DNA of 64,000 nt, taken from assembly GCA_013265495.1 (NCBI GenBank), contig MU058221.1:1984001-2048000 (forward strand), in the 5' to 3' direction. Of this stretch, positions 27,066 to 36,384 are shown one piece after another. Each line of letters begins with the position of its first letter. Position 1 is the first letter of the stretch. Made by a program: the position numbers and the translations under genes. The notes under the pieces are model-generated. The model was not told the DNA's origin. It ran no database searches and saw only the letters and a program-made list of their open reading frames with translations. Source of the DNA: Vicugna vicugna. Lineage: Eukaryota.

Positions 27066-27253
27066 CTGAGGGGGTATATCCATGTCACTGGGCTGTGCAG
27101 TCACTATCCTGGAGCCTGGTGAGTGATTAAAAAATACAATAAAGTGGCAAAGAGCATCTGACAAAGAGCGCAAAAGCAATGAGTAAACCGGGGCAACATT
27201 TGCAACACATGAAGCCGGCGCACGCCAGTGCCTTCCTGTTACTGCCTTATATT
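27066..27253 (-). pseudogene. SLC15-like exon 9 remnant (TM7)
   Basis: Strong acceptor (ctgat, T-run, ctgctttgcag|) closing an 82-nt intron; across frames VRRLHVLQMLP / LLIAFALFV / QMLFAT..HQA / MDIPPQ; donor CAG|GTGGAA. Confidence 0.7.
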
Positions 27254-27335
27254 CTGCAAAGCAGAAAAAAAAAGATCAGTTGGCTCAAATCTGAAAGTGC
27301 TACTTGCTGGTTTACTAGATGTCTACACCACTTAC

Positions 27336-27410
27336 TCCGACATCCTCCTGGTCTCGCTGGAGCAGCTCCTCAGCCTGACTGTCCCCATTGTTAGTTTTGC
27401 AATGTACTGA
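27336..27410 (-). pseudogene. SLC15-like exon 8 remnant (loop before TM7)
   Basis: gttcttccag| and GGA|GTAAGT; 75 nt open: SVHCKTNNGDSQAEELLQRDQEDVG (compare recalled SLC15A4 DSCKMSHGGPFTEEKVEDVK). Confidence 0.65.
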
Positions 27411-28134
27411 CTGGAAGAACACTTTTAGGTGAGTTATGCGTCCCAGGACCTAGGGTAGGTTCCAGTGAGGGTAGATTTGTTTTATGTCCCCTGAATTGTT
27501 TTTATGAATGCAATTCCCATATTTTCAAGCCCTACAGTTCTCATGCTCTGCTGACTGTAGAGTCAAGGGTAGAGCGATTCCTTGATTGTTAAACAGCTAG
27601 TGGTTTCAGATGCATAGGCATTTCCTTCAAACTGAGATCTTTATACTGAGGCTAATTTAGTTCCCTACAATAAAATATTTTAAGGCCTTTTTTTTTATTA
27701 AAGCAGGAGTTAGAATAATTAACATTGCTTAGAAAATACTGCTTAATATAAAAGGAACTCCAAAGAAATTATAATCGCTCTGTAAAATGGAAGGTAGAAA
27801 GCACTAAAAAATTCATGAATATGAGAAAAATATGCTTCAATAAAAATGCATGTGGAGCCAAGTTGTGTTTTAGAATAGAACTTGGAGTGTTGTGTTTGCA
27901 TCGAAATGAGCCCCCAAAATAGAAAATTCTGATTAAAAAAAATCCTCTAAAGTAATGATAAATATATTTCCTATAATTGAACAGCAAGTACCTAATATGG
28001 ATCAATAGTGTGTACAGTACCAGATTCTCATTTGCTGTTTGCCTATGCTGGTGAGCGTAGCCCCACTTCTAGGTATAATGGAAAACAAAAGTTCATGTGC
28101 CCCCAGCCATGGCATGGAGTGAAGGGTCATTACA

Positions 28135-28285
28135 GTTGTGAGTAGTGTTTCTCAGCAGGATCATTTTTGGTATTTTGGGGGCGGGTGCCCTTTGTAGCGT
28201 GGGACTTTAACACTGCACGACTGAATCAGCCCTGGCCCCACAGAACTTCACTATGATCGGAACATCCAAACTGGCCTCTAGAATA
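28135..28285. mobile_element. MER5/MER20-like DNA transposon remnant
   Basis: agtgtttctcagc start with MER-like internal sequence; subfamily uncertain. Confidence 0.4.
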
Positions 28286-28331
28286 GATTATCTGGTGATA
28301 CAGCTTTCCGCTCAGATCAACTGGTGTGGAA

Positions 28332-28548
28332 TAGGGGCTGGCGACCTTTTTCTGTAAAGAGCCAGGTGCTAAATATTTCAGGTCTGTGAGCCAAGCACTC
28401 TCTGTTACAACCCTATTCAGCATTACTACTGGAGCAAGAAAGCAACCATAAGCAATATGAAAAAGAGTGGCTGTGTTTCAATAAAACTTTATTTACAAAA
28501 GCAGATGGTTGACGGGATTCACCTGTGGGCTGCAGTGTGCCAGCCCCG
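28332..28548 (+). mobile_element. MER58A-like hAT DNA transposon
   Basis: aggggctggcgacctttttctgtaaagagccagg and ggctgtgtttcaataaaactttatttacaaaa. Confidence 0.8.
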
Positions 28549-29452
28549 CTGTATGTGCTGCAAGTCTGCCAATTTCAACAGCAGGGATGTTACTTGGAAA
28601 CAATCAGTAATAGGTCAGTTAGGAGGGTTTCGAGCTGCAAGTAATATGAAATCGTATCTACCGTTTCTAAAGGCAGGGTGGTTTCAGTCTTGGCCAGCGG
28701 AATGTATTACTGTCATAAAAGACCCAAGGGCCTTCCTTCTTTCTGCTTTGTTATTCTCAGCTATTGGAGGCTACCGAGTGGACGCAGCAGTGTCCCGTGC
28801 TGTTACAGCAGTGCACAGGGAGGAATAACGTGCCTGTCTGTCCCCTAGGAAAACCTTCCCCAGAAGTCCTTAGCTGACCTGCTGTCAGATCCCAACTTAA
28901 ACTAAAAGGGCAAAGTGGAAATTCCAGTTATGTGGAACTCCACTTAATTGAGCAGGACCCAGCACTGACCCAAAGCTGTGGATACACTGAGATTGTGTTT
29001 AAGAGGAAGAGCCCCAGGCTTTGTGGGGTTAGTGGAGGACCATGTCTATGAGATGCAGTATTTTCCTTGCCAGTTACATTATAGTTTAAACCTAATCTGT
29101 ACTCAGTGCTGTTTGAGGCCATTTGTTTTCCGTTGTTCCTCATCTGTTCGGAGGGAGGGTTCATGCATATCTGTTTGGGGGCAGAGGAGAGAGAGGAGCC
29201 TGGATCAAGGTTCTACCCACTGATTGTGGGTAATTTCTCTCTAGTACTGAAGAGCCAACGTGGAACCATGCCACTTGTCATGAGGTCAGGAACACCAGTG
29301 TGTGACAGACCACGTTTAAATTTGGTTAACAAAGATTACTTGGTGGTCCTTACAGAATATTTTAAATAAGCCCCAGATAATCACACGTCATTACCACATC
29401 ATTTGGTTTGCATTATAAGGACTGAATATCATTGGTTGAAAGGCACTCTCAC

Positions 29453-29589
29453 TGAAATGTTGTAAGTGTGCACTTAAGTCTCAAATGCGAACGCAGAAGA
29501 CCGTCTGGTTCTTCCAGGCTCATCAAGGTGCTGCCCTGTAATTTCAGATGAAGCGGGTGACTTGCTTGCCCAGAGAGTCACTTTGGTGT
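29453..29589 (-). pseudogene. SLC15-like exon 7 remnant (central cytoplasmic loop; 3' end uncertain)
   Basis: Strong acceptor ctgtatttttcag| closing a 73-nt intron; candidate donor TCA|GTGAGA. Confidence 0.45.
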
Positions 29590-29662
29590 CTGAAAAATAC
29601 AGATATAAGCAAAGACTGGTTTTCCCACTGCGTGTGCTGTGTTCCCTGCGTTATGTCCTGAC

Positions 29663-29841
29663 CCTCCTGTAGTGGAGTGCCTTCTCAGAAGACCTGAAGC
29701 TTGTCACTAGGGATGGCTCTAATTCGAGTTCTAAATTTTTTCCTGGAGTTGCTCCAAAATTTTGAGCTCTTTAGGCTGTCGGCATTGGGGTTGAACAACT
29801 TCCTTTAGATGCACCCGTGTTTACTTTAGTGAAGAATGACA
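29663..29841 (-). pseudogene. SLC15-like exon 6 remnant (TM5-TM6, PTR2 signature region)
   Basis: FFTKVNTGASKGSCSTPM (compare FYLAINAGSLLSTIITPM), then AIPS..VF*EGTP; donor AGG|GTCAGG; acceptor decayed. Confidence 0.7.
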
Positions 29842-29929
29842 CTGTCTTGTGGGTAGATTTGTTCGGGAGGCCTTGTTTTGCATGCTTTTGATGTGTTCGC
29901 ATTATATCAGCCTCTTTTATGCTAATTGT

Positions 29930-31640
29930 TTATGTATGTGTTTATTAAAAATATTGAATTCGCAGTATTGTCCTCAAGGATTCCAACATTCCAGCGTGAT
30001 GGAGACAAATGAGTGAACAATTGAAATGGAGTGTGAATGGGGCTCACTGAGAGGAAGCAGGGTGTGCTCCGAGAGCAAGGCTGGGTCTAAGACGTTCAAG
30101 AAATGACGTGTTTCAGAGGATAATGGAGAGTAAGGCAAGTTAAGAAAACAGGGAGACGCTCCCCTGTGGGAGGAAAGACACGGTCAGAGGCTGAGAGGTG
30201 CCAGGATGTGGCGTGTTCCGAAGACAAGGCACGCTGCACTTAATCTCGAGTTCACGGAGACTTGAGATGCGAGCCGGACGGATGCCGCGTAATGAATCAA
30301 TACTGAAGGCCAGCAGATATAATTGGAACTTTATTCTTCTGCCGTGGAAGTCAGTAGAGGCTTTTCAACAGAGTGACATGGAGTAGTTTTTATTTTGGGG
30401 GGATAAAAAAACCCTGCAGCACAGAGGAGGAATCAGAGCAGGGGCTAAGACCGAAGGCAACATGACTGGTCCAGAGACTTTTCAATAATCTGAGGAAGAA
30501 ATAATGATGGCCTTGATTAAGGCAGTGGTGATAGAGAAAAACAAAAGTGATACTTATGAAATATCAGAGAATTTTTTTGACCTAATGAATATTTTGATGC
30601 AGGAGGTAAGGGAAAGGAAAGGAATTGAAATGACTCCTACATTTCAGACAGGGCTTGACAGATACATAGTGGTTCTGCTCAGATGACACAGGAGTTGGAC
30701 CAATTTGGAGGGAAAAGGGATGAGTTCACTCTTACGCAGGTTTACTTTGAAGGGTTTGGAAAACTAGTAAATGATTGCTTCCAGGGGGCTGGAATCCAGG
30801 CGGAAGCCCTGAGCTAGAGAAATAGATTTGGGAGTTTTCAACAGAATATAAGCTACAGACATGAATGGCACCAGCCAGATACTGTGTTTAGGGCAGGGAA
30901 GGACTGAGAACAGGATGCCGGGAGGGTAGAGGAAGAGCAGGAGGGAGTGGTGTCTCTGAAACCATGGACAGAGCACCACATTAATATTGTCAAATACTGC
31001 TGAGAATTCAAGTAAGGTAACTGAAAAGGAGGCCACTGGATATTTTGAGGTGATAGATTTATCTATATTTAAATAAGGTATATGTGATCATTATATAAGT
31101 TGAATATATATATATATATGTTGACTATATATATTCAACTTACATAATGATCTATATATAGTGAAAATGTGTTTAGTGAAAAATATATATAATAATGTAT
31201 AATTTAAGAATTTCCATAAATCCCACCACCCAGCATAACTATTGTTAACATTTTGATGCATATTTTTCCAGAGTTTTTCTATATGTAAATGTATTCTCTA
31301 TCTAGCTATATCTAGATATATGTCTATATATAACAGAAGAGTTCCTACTCTAAAAATATGAGACACTGCATGAATTTGCTTGTCATTCTTGCCCAAAGAC
31401 CACGATCACCTTCTCCACATCCTTCCAGTTTTAGTATATAAGCTGGGGAAGCACATGGCGTCCACTGCATCAAGCAACTAGGAGACCATTTGTAACTTTG
31501 CAAGGCTAATTTCGGTGGAATGGTGAGGGTAGGAGCCAGATTGTGTGGGGTGGGGAATGGGTAGGCAGTGAGGAAACGGAACAAACATTAGAGCCTGCCC
31601 TCTCAAAGAAACAGGCTGTGAAGGGAAAGAGAAATAGAAG
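29930..31640 (-). mobile_element. L2 LINE remnant, interrupted by AT-rich sequence at about 31050-31450, inside an intron of the SLC15-like pseudogene
   Basis: GA-rich antisense L2 phrases (ctagagaaatagatttgggagtt; tgtcaaatactgctgagaattcaagtaagg). Confidence 0.65.
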
Positions 31641-31922
31641 ATGTCAAGAAAGGAGTAGGATGGAGAGCGTTTATTTTTTCTTTTATATTTTCGTTGTTTA
31701 GTTGGACAGGACTTCCCACTGACTAGAAGGAGCCAGCAAAGGGAGATGAAATGAGGATACAGTGGAGACGCTGTGACTGATGGATCTGGGAGTCAGGAAG
31801 GGATGGGGAAGAGGAAACAGGAACCAAATCCCATCTTCCAAGAAGGCCAGTAGGAAGGAGGTGAAGGTGGGAAGAGATGCTGCTACATTTGGGGATGGGT
31901 CACCTGAGGTGATTCCGGTCAC

Positions 31923-32087
31923 CTCAGAACGAAGACGGCTGGTACCCACATGCAGTCAGTTATTTGATGAAGTCTTTCTGAACGTGCATGAAACCAAGGG
32001 CTGCCACATTGGATACGATCCATTATCTGTCCCCTCGTATCCCGAGAGTGGTGCCAAGAGATGTATGTTAGAAAGGTCTGGCCTTCT
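31923..32087 (-). pseudogene. SLC15-like exon 5 remnant (TM4)
   Basis: Acceptor ttcactttgtcag|; EGQTFLTYIS, then after a frameshift IVSNVAALGFMHVQKD (compare KANITPFGADQ / KPCVSAFGGDQ); donor GAG|GTGACC. Confidence 0.7.
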
Positions 32088-32240
32088 CTGACAAAGTGAA
32101 ACCTCGGGAACGGTCCCCAAACGCTCTGGTTACCTTAAATAACCCACGAAGGAGTTATTGTCCACCTATTTCTGTCAAGCTACTTAAAGCTGTGTGTTTT
32201 GTTTTTGTTTTTACTTGTCTTCCCTCCAAGACATACTAAC

Positions 32241-32380
32241 CATGAAGTAAAGCATTTAACCAAGGGAGGTTGCATTGTACAGTAGGAAAACGGATTTGAA
32301 ACAAATCTGGTTGAATTCCATTCACTTTGAGGAAATAACGTCCTTGTGCTTTGGTTGTCTTCTCTTGTGAGATTGGGATC
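32241..32380 (-). pseudogene. SLC15-like exon 4 remnant (TM3-TM4 luminal loop)
   Basis: cactaac branch and pyrimidine tract upstream, CAG| acceptor, donor ATG|GTTAGT; open frame DPNLTREDNQSTRTLFPQSEWNSTRFVSNPFSYCTMQPPLVKCFTS. Confidence 0.65.
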
Positions 32381-32509
32381 CTGTTGCGTTGACCTCGTAG
32401 CAGACAGGAGACAGCGTAAGGTAATGACGGTGTTAGTGTCCCCACAGGTGGCTGTCCCGTACGCATCTTGTTACTCCGTGTTTGAAGGCTCCCTTTCAGT
32501 CCTGCACAC

Positions 32510-32555
32510 CAGGACTTGCTGATAGAAGTAGGGAGCTCATAATAATGATAATAAA
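32510..32555 (-). pseudogene. SLC15-like exon 3 remnant (second half of TM3)
   Basis: 46 nt, phase 2 to 0, matching both neighbours: (G)LLSLL*APYFYQQVL, in-frame TGA at 32539-32537; donor CTG|GTGTGC is weak. Confidence 0.5.
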
Positions 32556-33361
32556 CTGGCCAGTGACCAAGAAAATCTTTGTTATTGTGAAATGCAAGTA
32601 TGATGAACCAGGTGGAAAGGACTACCCCTGGCCATGCAGACTTCGCAGAGCCCGTCTGCATGTCCTGAGGGCCGTGGTACATTTTATGTCTGTATTTTAC
32701 AAAAGCGAATCACCTAAGGTACCTTTTGTCTCATAAGCACCAAGTTAAATGCCACAGAGGACCAGAAGGAAACCTGGGTTATTGTTTCTCTTTTCACATG
32801 TGACTTTCTATGACAACACGCTTATTAAGGTGATTTACCAGCAGGCATGTATGGCTGGGTAGCGCTGGTGCTGACATGTCAGTCCTCCCCACAAAAGACT
32901 CCGAAGCAAATACAATTGCTATAATGTGTTATGACCTTTCAAGGCTAGTAATTCAATTGAAAGGGGCGAGGGTAACACAAGGCAGGTGGATTATCTCCCA
33001 TTGACTAAGCTGCCACCAGACGCCCAGCTGTACCCGCACGTTCTACCCGGTGAACGAGCCACTTTAAAATGGGAGAGGGGCGCTCAAAGAGGCAGCGGTG
33101 ATCGGCTTAAATAATTTCTCAAGTTTCTGCAACTTAACTCCTTGTTAACTCGCCAGAACCTGTATGGATTTAACTGTGACTTCAAAGATAGGATGTAATA
33201 ACCCACTAGAACTTGCTTAAAAGAATCCAAATCCCTTTGATCGTAGTCCGGTGGCCTCAGAAGCGGGTGTGCAGGGTGCCCATTGGGTCCGTGGCTTGGC
33301 GGCAAAACGCGCTTGGGAGGTCGAGGGGCTAAGGGTAGGGCCAGGCTGGGGGCGCCCTTAT

Positions 33362-33506
33362 CCGTGTACAGCGATGATGACGGCCACCGGGAGGATGGTC
33401 CCGGGCACACGGCTGCTGTGCCCACCGCCGGAGAGATGAAGGAGAAGTTCCGGGCCTCGAGTGAAGCGGTGTCCCGGCTGACCCCAGGTCCTTGGCCCGC
33501 GGGTAC
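33362..33506 (-). pseudogene. SLC15-like exon 2 remnant (TM2 and first half of TM3)
   Basis: Branch plus acceptor ctgacccgctctctctcaccctcccgcgcag|; with frameshifts KDLG/VSRDTASLEARNFSFISPAVGTAAVCPG/TILPVAVIIAVHG; donor looks mutated (CGG|ATAAGG). Confidence 0.7.
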
Positions 33507-33673
33507 CTGCGCGGGAGGGTGAGAGAGAGCGGGTCAGAGAGCTGCGTCCTCGGCCACAGGCCTCAGCCTTCCTCCAAGATAGCCCCCCAAACGTCCAGCC
33601 TTCCCTGGGAATAAGAAGGCCTCCTCTGCACACCCCGCCTCCATTCCCTCCCCCAGCCCCCCCAGCCCTGCAC

Positions 33674-33851
33674 CGCCTTGAGGATGGCAGTGATGCCCGC
33701 GGGCCACAAGCGGCAGCCGGAGGGCGGCACCGCGATGCGCACGAGGCCGTGCAGCGCGCGCCAGGGCTCCAGCAGGGCCGGCCCGGGGCCCCGGGAGGCC
33801 GGCTGAGCCTGGACTTCCCTCGGCTTCCCCCCGGAGGCCGTCTGCACAGGG
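33674..33851 (-). pseudogene. SLC15-like exon 1 remnant (N-terminus and TM1)
   Basis: Acceptor ctctccccaccaccctccttccacag|; GTG at 33847 (possible mutated ATG); ..LVRIAVPPSGCRLWPAGITAILKA versus recalled SLC15A4 AVLLTELLERAAFYGITSNL; donor GCG|GTGCAG, then G-triplet intron. Confidence 0.65.
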
Positions 33852-34171
33852 CTGTGGAAGGAGGGTGGTGGGGAGAGGCCGTCACTTTACGCTCGCTGAG
33901 CCCACCAGCTCCACATGTCTGGCCAAGACGAGGCTGTTTCCTTCTTTCAAACCGACTCTGGGCTTGCAGGGCCTGATCTTCGGCGCCGATGGACACTGCC
34001 CTCCCCCTCCCGAGGCCTTTCCCCCCGTCCCTCCCTCCCCGTGGCCCCAGAATAGCGCCTGGCCCCCTACCCCGCATGCCCCCAGCGCGTCCCCAGTTCC
34101 CCTCCACTCCTCCGGCCTGGCCCCGTCGGCCAAGCGCGGGGTGCGCGGGGGGCCCGCGGGGGGCCCGGTAG

Positions 34172-34336
34172 GTGGGCGGGGCCGGGCGGCAGCCGTGGGG
34201 GGGGTTACGCTGCCCCCCCAGCGCAGCGCGCCCCCGCCACGTGTGCGTGGGGCGGGGCCGGGCGGTAGCCGTGGTGGGGGTTACGCTGCCCACCCCAGCA
34301 CAGCGCGCCCCCGCCGCGTGTGCGTGGGGCGGGGCC
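34172..34336 (+). repeat. Tandem duplication, unit 75-77 bp, about 2.2 copies
   Basis: Copies start at 34172, 34247 and 34324; each reads gtgggcggggccgggcgg(c/t)agccgtgg..ttacgctgccc..cagcgcgcccccgcc(a/g)cgtgtgc. Confidence 0.9.
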
Positions 34337-34654
34337 AGGCCTGCAGCGGCCTGGGGGGCGGAGGCGGGGGCGGCCGAGGGCTTGAGGCGGCGGGTGAGTC
34401 GCTGGCAGCGAGTCTCCAGCAGGTGAGGGTCGGGTGGCCTGCGGGGCAGGACGAGGTGGCCGCCGGGCGGGGTTGGGCGTGGTGGGGGTGGCTCGGCAAG
34501 GTGGCGGGGACCGGGGACCCATACTGAGCGGTGGCCCCCGAAGCCAGGCCCCATGCCCCTCAGCGCAGGAGCGTGGCGGTGGCGGTGGTGGCAGTAAGGG
34601 TGCAAAGAAGGGGCTGCCTGTTGGGGCAGCGTGGGAGGTTGGGCTGGGGGCATT

Positions 34655-34945
34655 GTAGAAAAAAAAAAAACAAACCCTAGAACAAAAAATGAAACAAATG
34701 AATAGAATAAGACACAGACTCATAAATACAGAGAACAAATCCAGTGGTTACCTGTGAGGAGAGGGGTGTGGGGAGGGGCAAGATAGGGCAAGGGGCTTAA
34801 GAGGCACACACTGCTAGGTATAAAATAAGTAAGATGCGGGGATGTAACGTACAGCACGGAGAATATGGCCAATGTCGTGTAACTTTGAATGGAATATAAT
34901 GAATAAAAATACCAAGTCACTATGTTGTACACCTGAACTATTCTT
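34655..34945 (+). mobile_element. L1 (L1MA9-like) 3' UTR fragment abutting the CpG island
   Basis: acacagactcataaatacagagaacaaatccagtggttacc and tcactatgttgtacacctgaa. Confidence 0.85.
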
Positions 34946-34959
34946 CAATATAAATACAG

Positions 34960-35560
34960 TGAATTTTTTCACTGCTGTATACTATTTCATGATATCAGTA
35001 GAATATTATTTATTTATCATTCATTGTTGACAGATGTTTGCATGTTTACGGTTTTTACCTACAGTGAGCAGTGCCCCCATAACCATTCTTTCCTGCAGTT
35101 AAATTGCACGCGCAGGAGTGTTTCTGGGTTGTGCACGTACCATTGGAATCAGCAGATCCCAGGTTATGCCCAAGTTCAACTTTACTAGGTGGTGCCACTT
35201 TTTTTTTTTTTCCCCAAATTAGTTTGACCAGTTGATAGCTGCTTCTGCAGTGTGCGAACGTTTCCATTGCTCCTCGTGCTCACCGATATTTGCTGTTAAC
35301 TTGAAACGCCTGCTGATATGGTCTGTGTGAAATGGCATGCCTTTGTGCTTCTAGTCTGCATTTCCCTGATACTGAGATTGAAACTATTTTAATATGTTTG
35401 GGAGCCATCTGGGCCGGTTCTTTGGTTAAAATTTTTTTGTTTCTTTTGCCCATCTTGAGTTATCTTTTCATATTGGTTTGTAAGTGTTGTTTTATATAAT
35501 CTTGGTATTAAGTCTTTATGATTAGTATGCATTTCCTTGCTTATAGCTTGCGAATGCCAA
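34960..35560 (-). mobile_element. Old L1ME-like fragment
   Basis: Antisense L1 ORF2-end phrases (ttgttgacagatgtttg; tgcatttccctgatactgagattgaa). Confidence 0.55.
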
Positions 35561-36384
35561 CCTTAGGTTTTGCTTTGTGAGATTTTATTTTTTATTTTTT
35601 CAGCTTTATGGAATTATAATTGACAAGTAAAATTGTAATGTATTTTTAAAAATACAGATCCTTTAGTACTAATTAACTAAGTATTCTTACAGTCACTTAA
35701 TTTAAAACAGGTCTTACATAAATAGCTGCATGTATTTCTTTGTATTATATCTTAATACTCTGATTACTTTGTCTTCTTGACTCTCCATCCTGGGGTTACT
35801 TGAATGCTTTTTCATACTTTTGTTTTTGGCCTTTTTCTGGCAGCAGTTCAAAAGGGCATTGAATATTTCTCCGTCATTCTGCTGCACAAACTGCTCACTA
35901 TCACTCCACTGGTGCATGTGAAATTTGAAGGTATTCTTGTTTACCTATCACTTGACCTAAACGCCCTGGTGAAATGAAAGGATACTGGCCCCACAGATGC
36001 CCATGTCCGGCTAGGCTCACTCTCTGAACTCTCCTCCCTCACTGAATGGTTCTTGCTTTTGCAGTCTGATGAGTCAGAGGCGGTCTCATCTCACCAGTCA
36101 GCATTAACAAGTCTGACACACCTCGATGGTTCACACAGCGCTTGCCTGGGCCTTGCGCTCTTTGCGTGCTCAGTGCATTTGCCCTGATTAACTGGATGGA
36201 TGGATAAATGAAGGAAGGAAGGAAGAAATGGAACATACAGTATTCGACTTTTCTGTTAGAATATTGAAGGCATTCTGTGGGAGGAAAACCACTTTTTGTT
36301 TTGTTTTTTCAGATAAATGGCGTCGAAAGTGCTTCATTCTGATTTAAAAATCTCCTTTTTGCATAAGAGCCTTAGTATTGTATT

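Larger units (their letters stand above)
24744..33851 (-). pseudogene. Unprocessed multi-exon SLC15/POT (PTR2) family oligopeptide transporter pseudogene
   Basis: About 13 exon remnants with splice signals give POT-like motifs in TM order: CRLWPAGITAIL, NFSFISPAVG, QTFLTYIS and IVSNVAALG, FFTKVNTG..TPM, AIP..GTP, CK..G..EE..EDV, VLQMLP..QM..QA..IPP, PLSWL, AVCMAL, QI.Q..GISE, PGLKSSW..SLKS..GN..RHYQLK. Many frameshifts and stops; AATAAA at 24749-24744. Confidence 0.8.
33240..34640. promoter_or_regulatory. CpG island, putative bidirectional promoter
   Basis: About 1.4 kb very GC- and CpG-rich; GGGCGGGGC boxes near 34174, 34250 and 34327; C-rich on + at 33995-34125 and G-rich on + at 34430-34650. 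Confidence 0.85.

Noticed and set aside
27179..27434. + strand alternative CTNNA2 exon ending at TAG|GTGAGT (27428/27429)
   Set aside because: The motif is the reverse complement of the minus-strand branch region (actcac) of pseudogene exon 8, and there is an in-frame stop with no ATG; a non-coding exon cannot be excluded without RNA data.
32236..32682. 148-aa minus-strand ORF as a standalone gene
   Set aside because: It spans two exon remnants and an intron; the phase-consistent SLC15-like reading uses other frames.
32556..33851. Short resemblances to MFSD1 (PALLEPWR..H, DMQ..WPGVVL), MFSD12 (ADGLC) and opsin TM1 (AVCPGTIL)
   Set aside because: Isolated matches not continued in downstream exons, whereas POT motifs continue through all twelve TMs.
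33358..34653. 431-aa minus-strand ORF and overlapping 177-220 aa ORFs
   Set aside because: Pro/Gly/Arg/Ala-rich products of stop-poor GC-rich DNA that run through promoter and introns; only the last few codons (GTILPVAVIIAVHG) coincide with a pseudogene frame.
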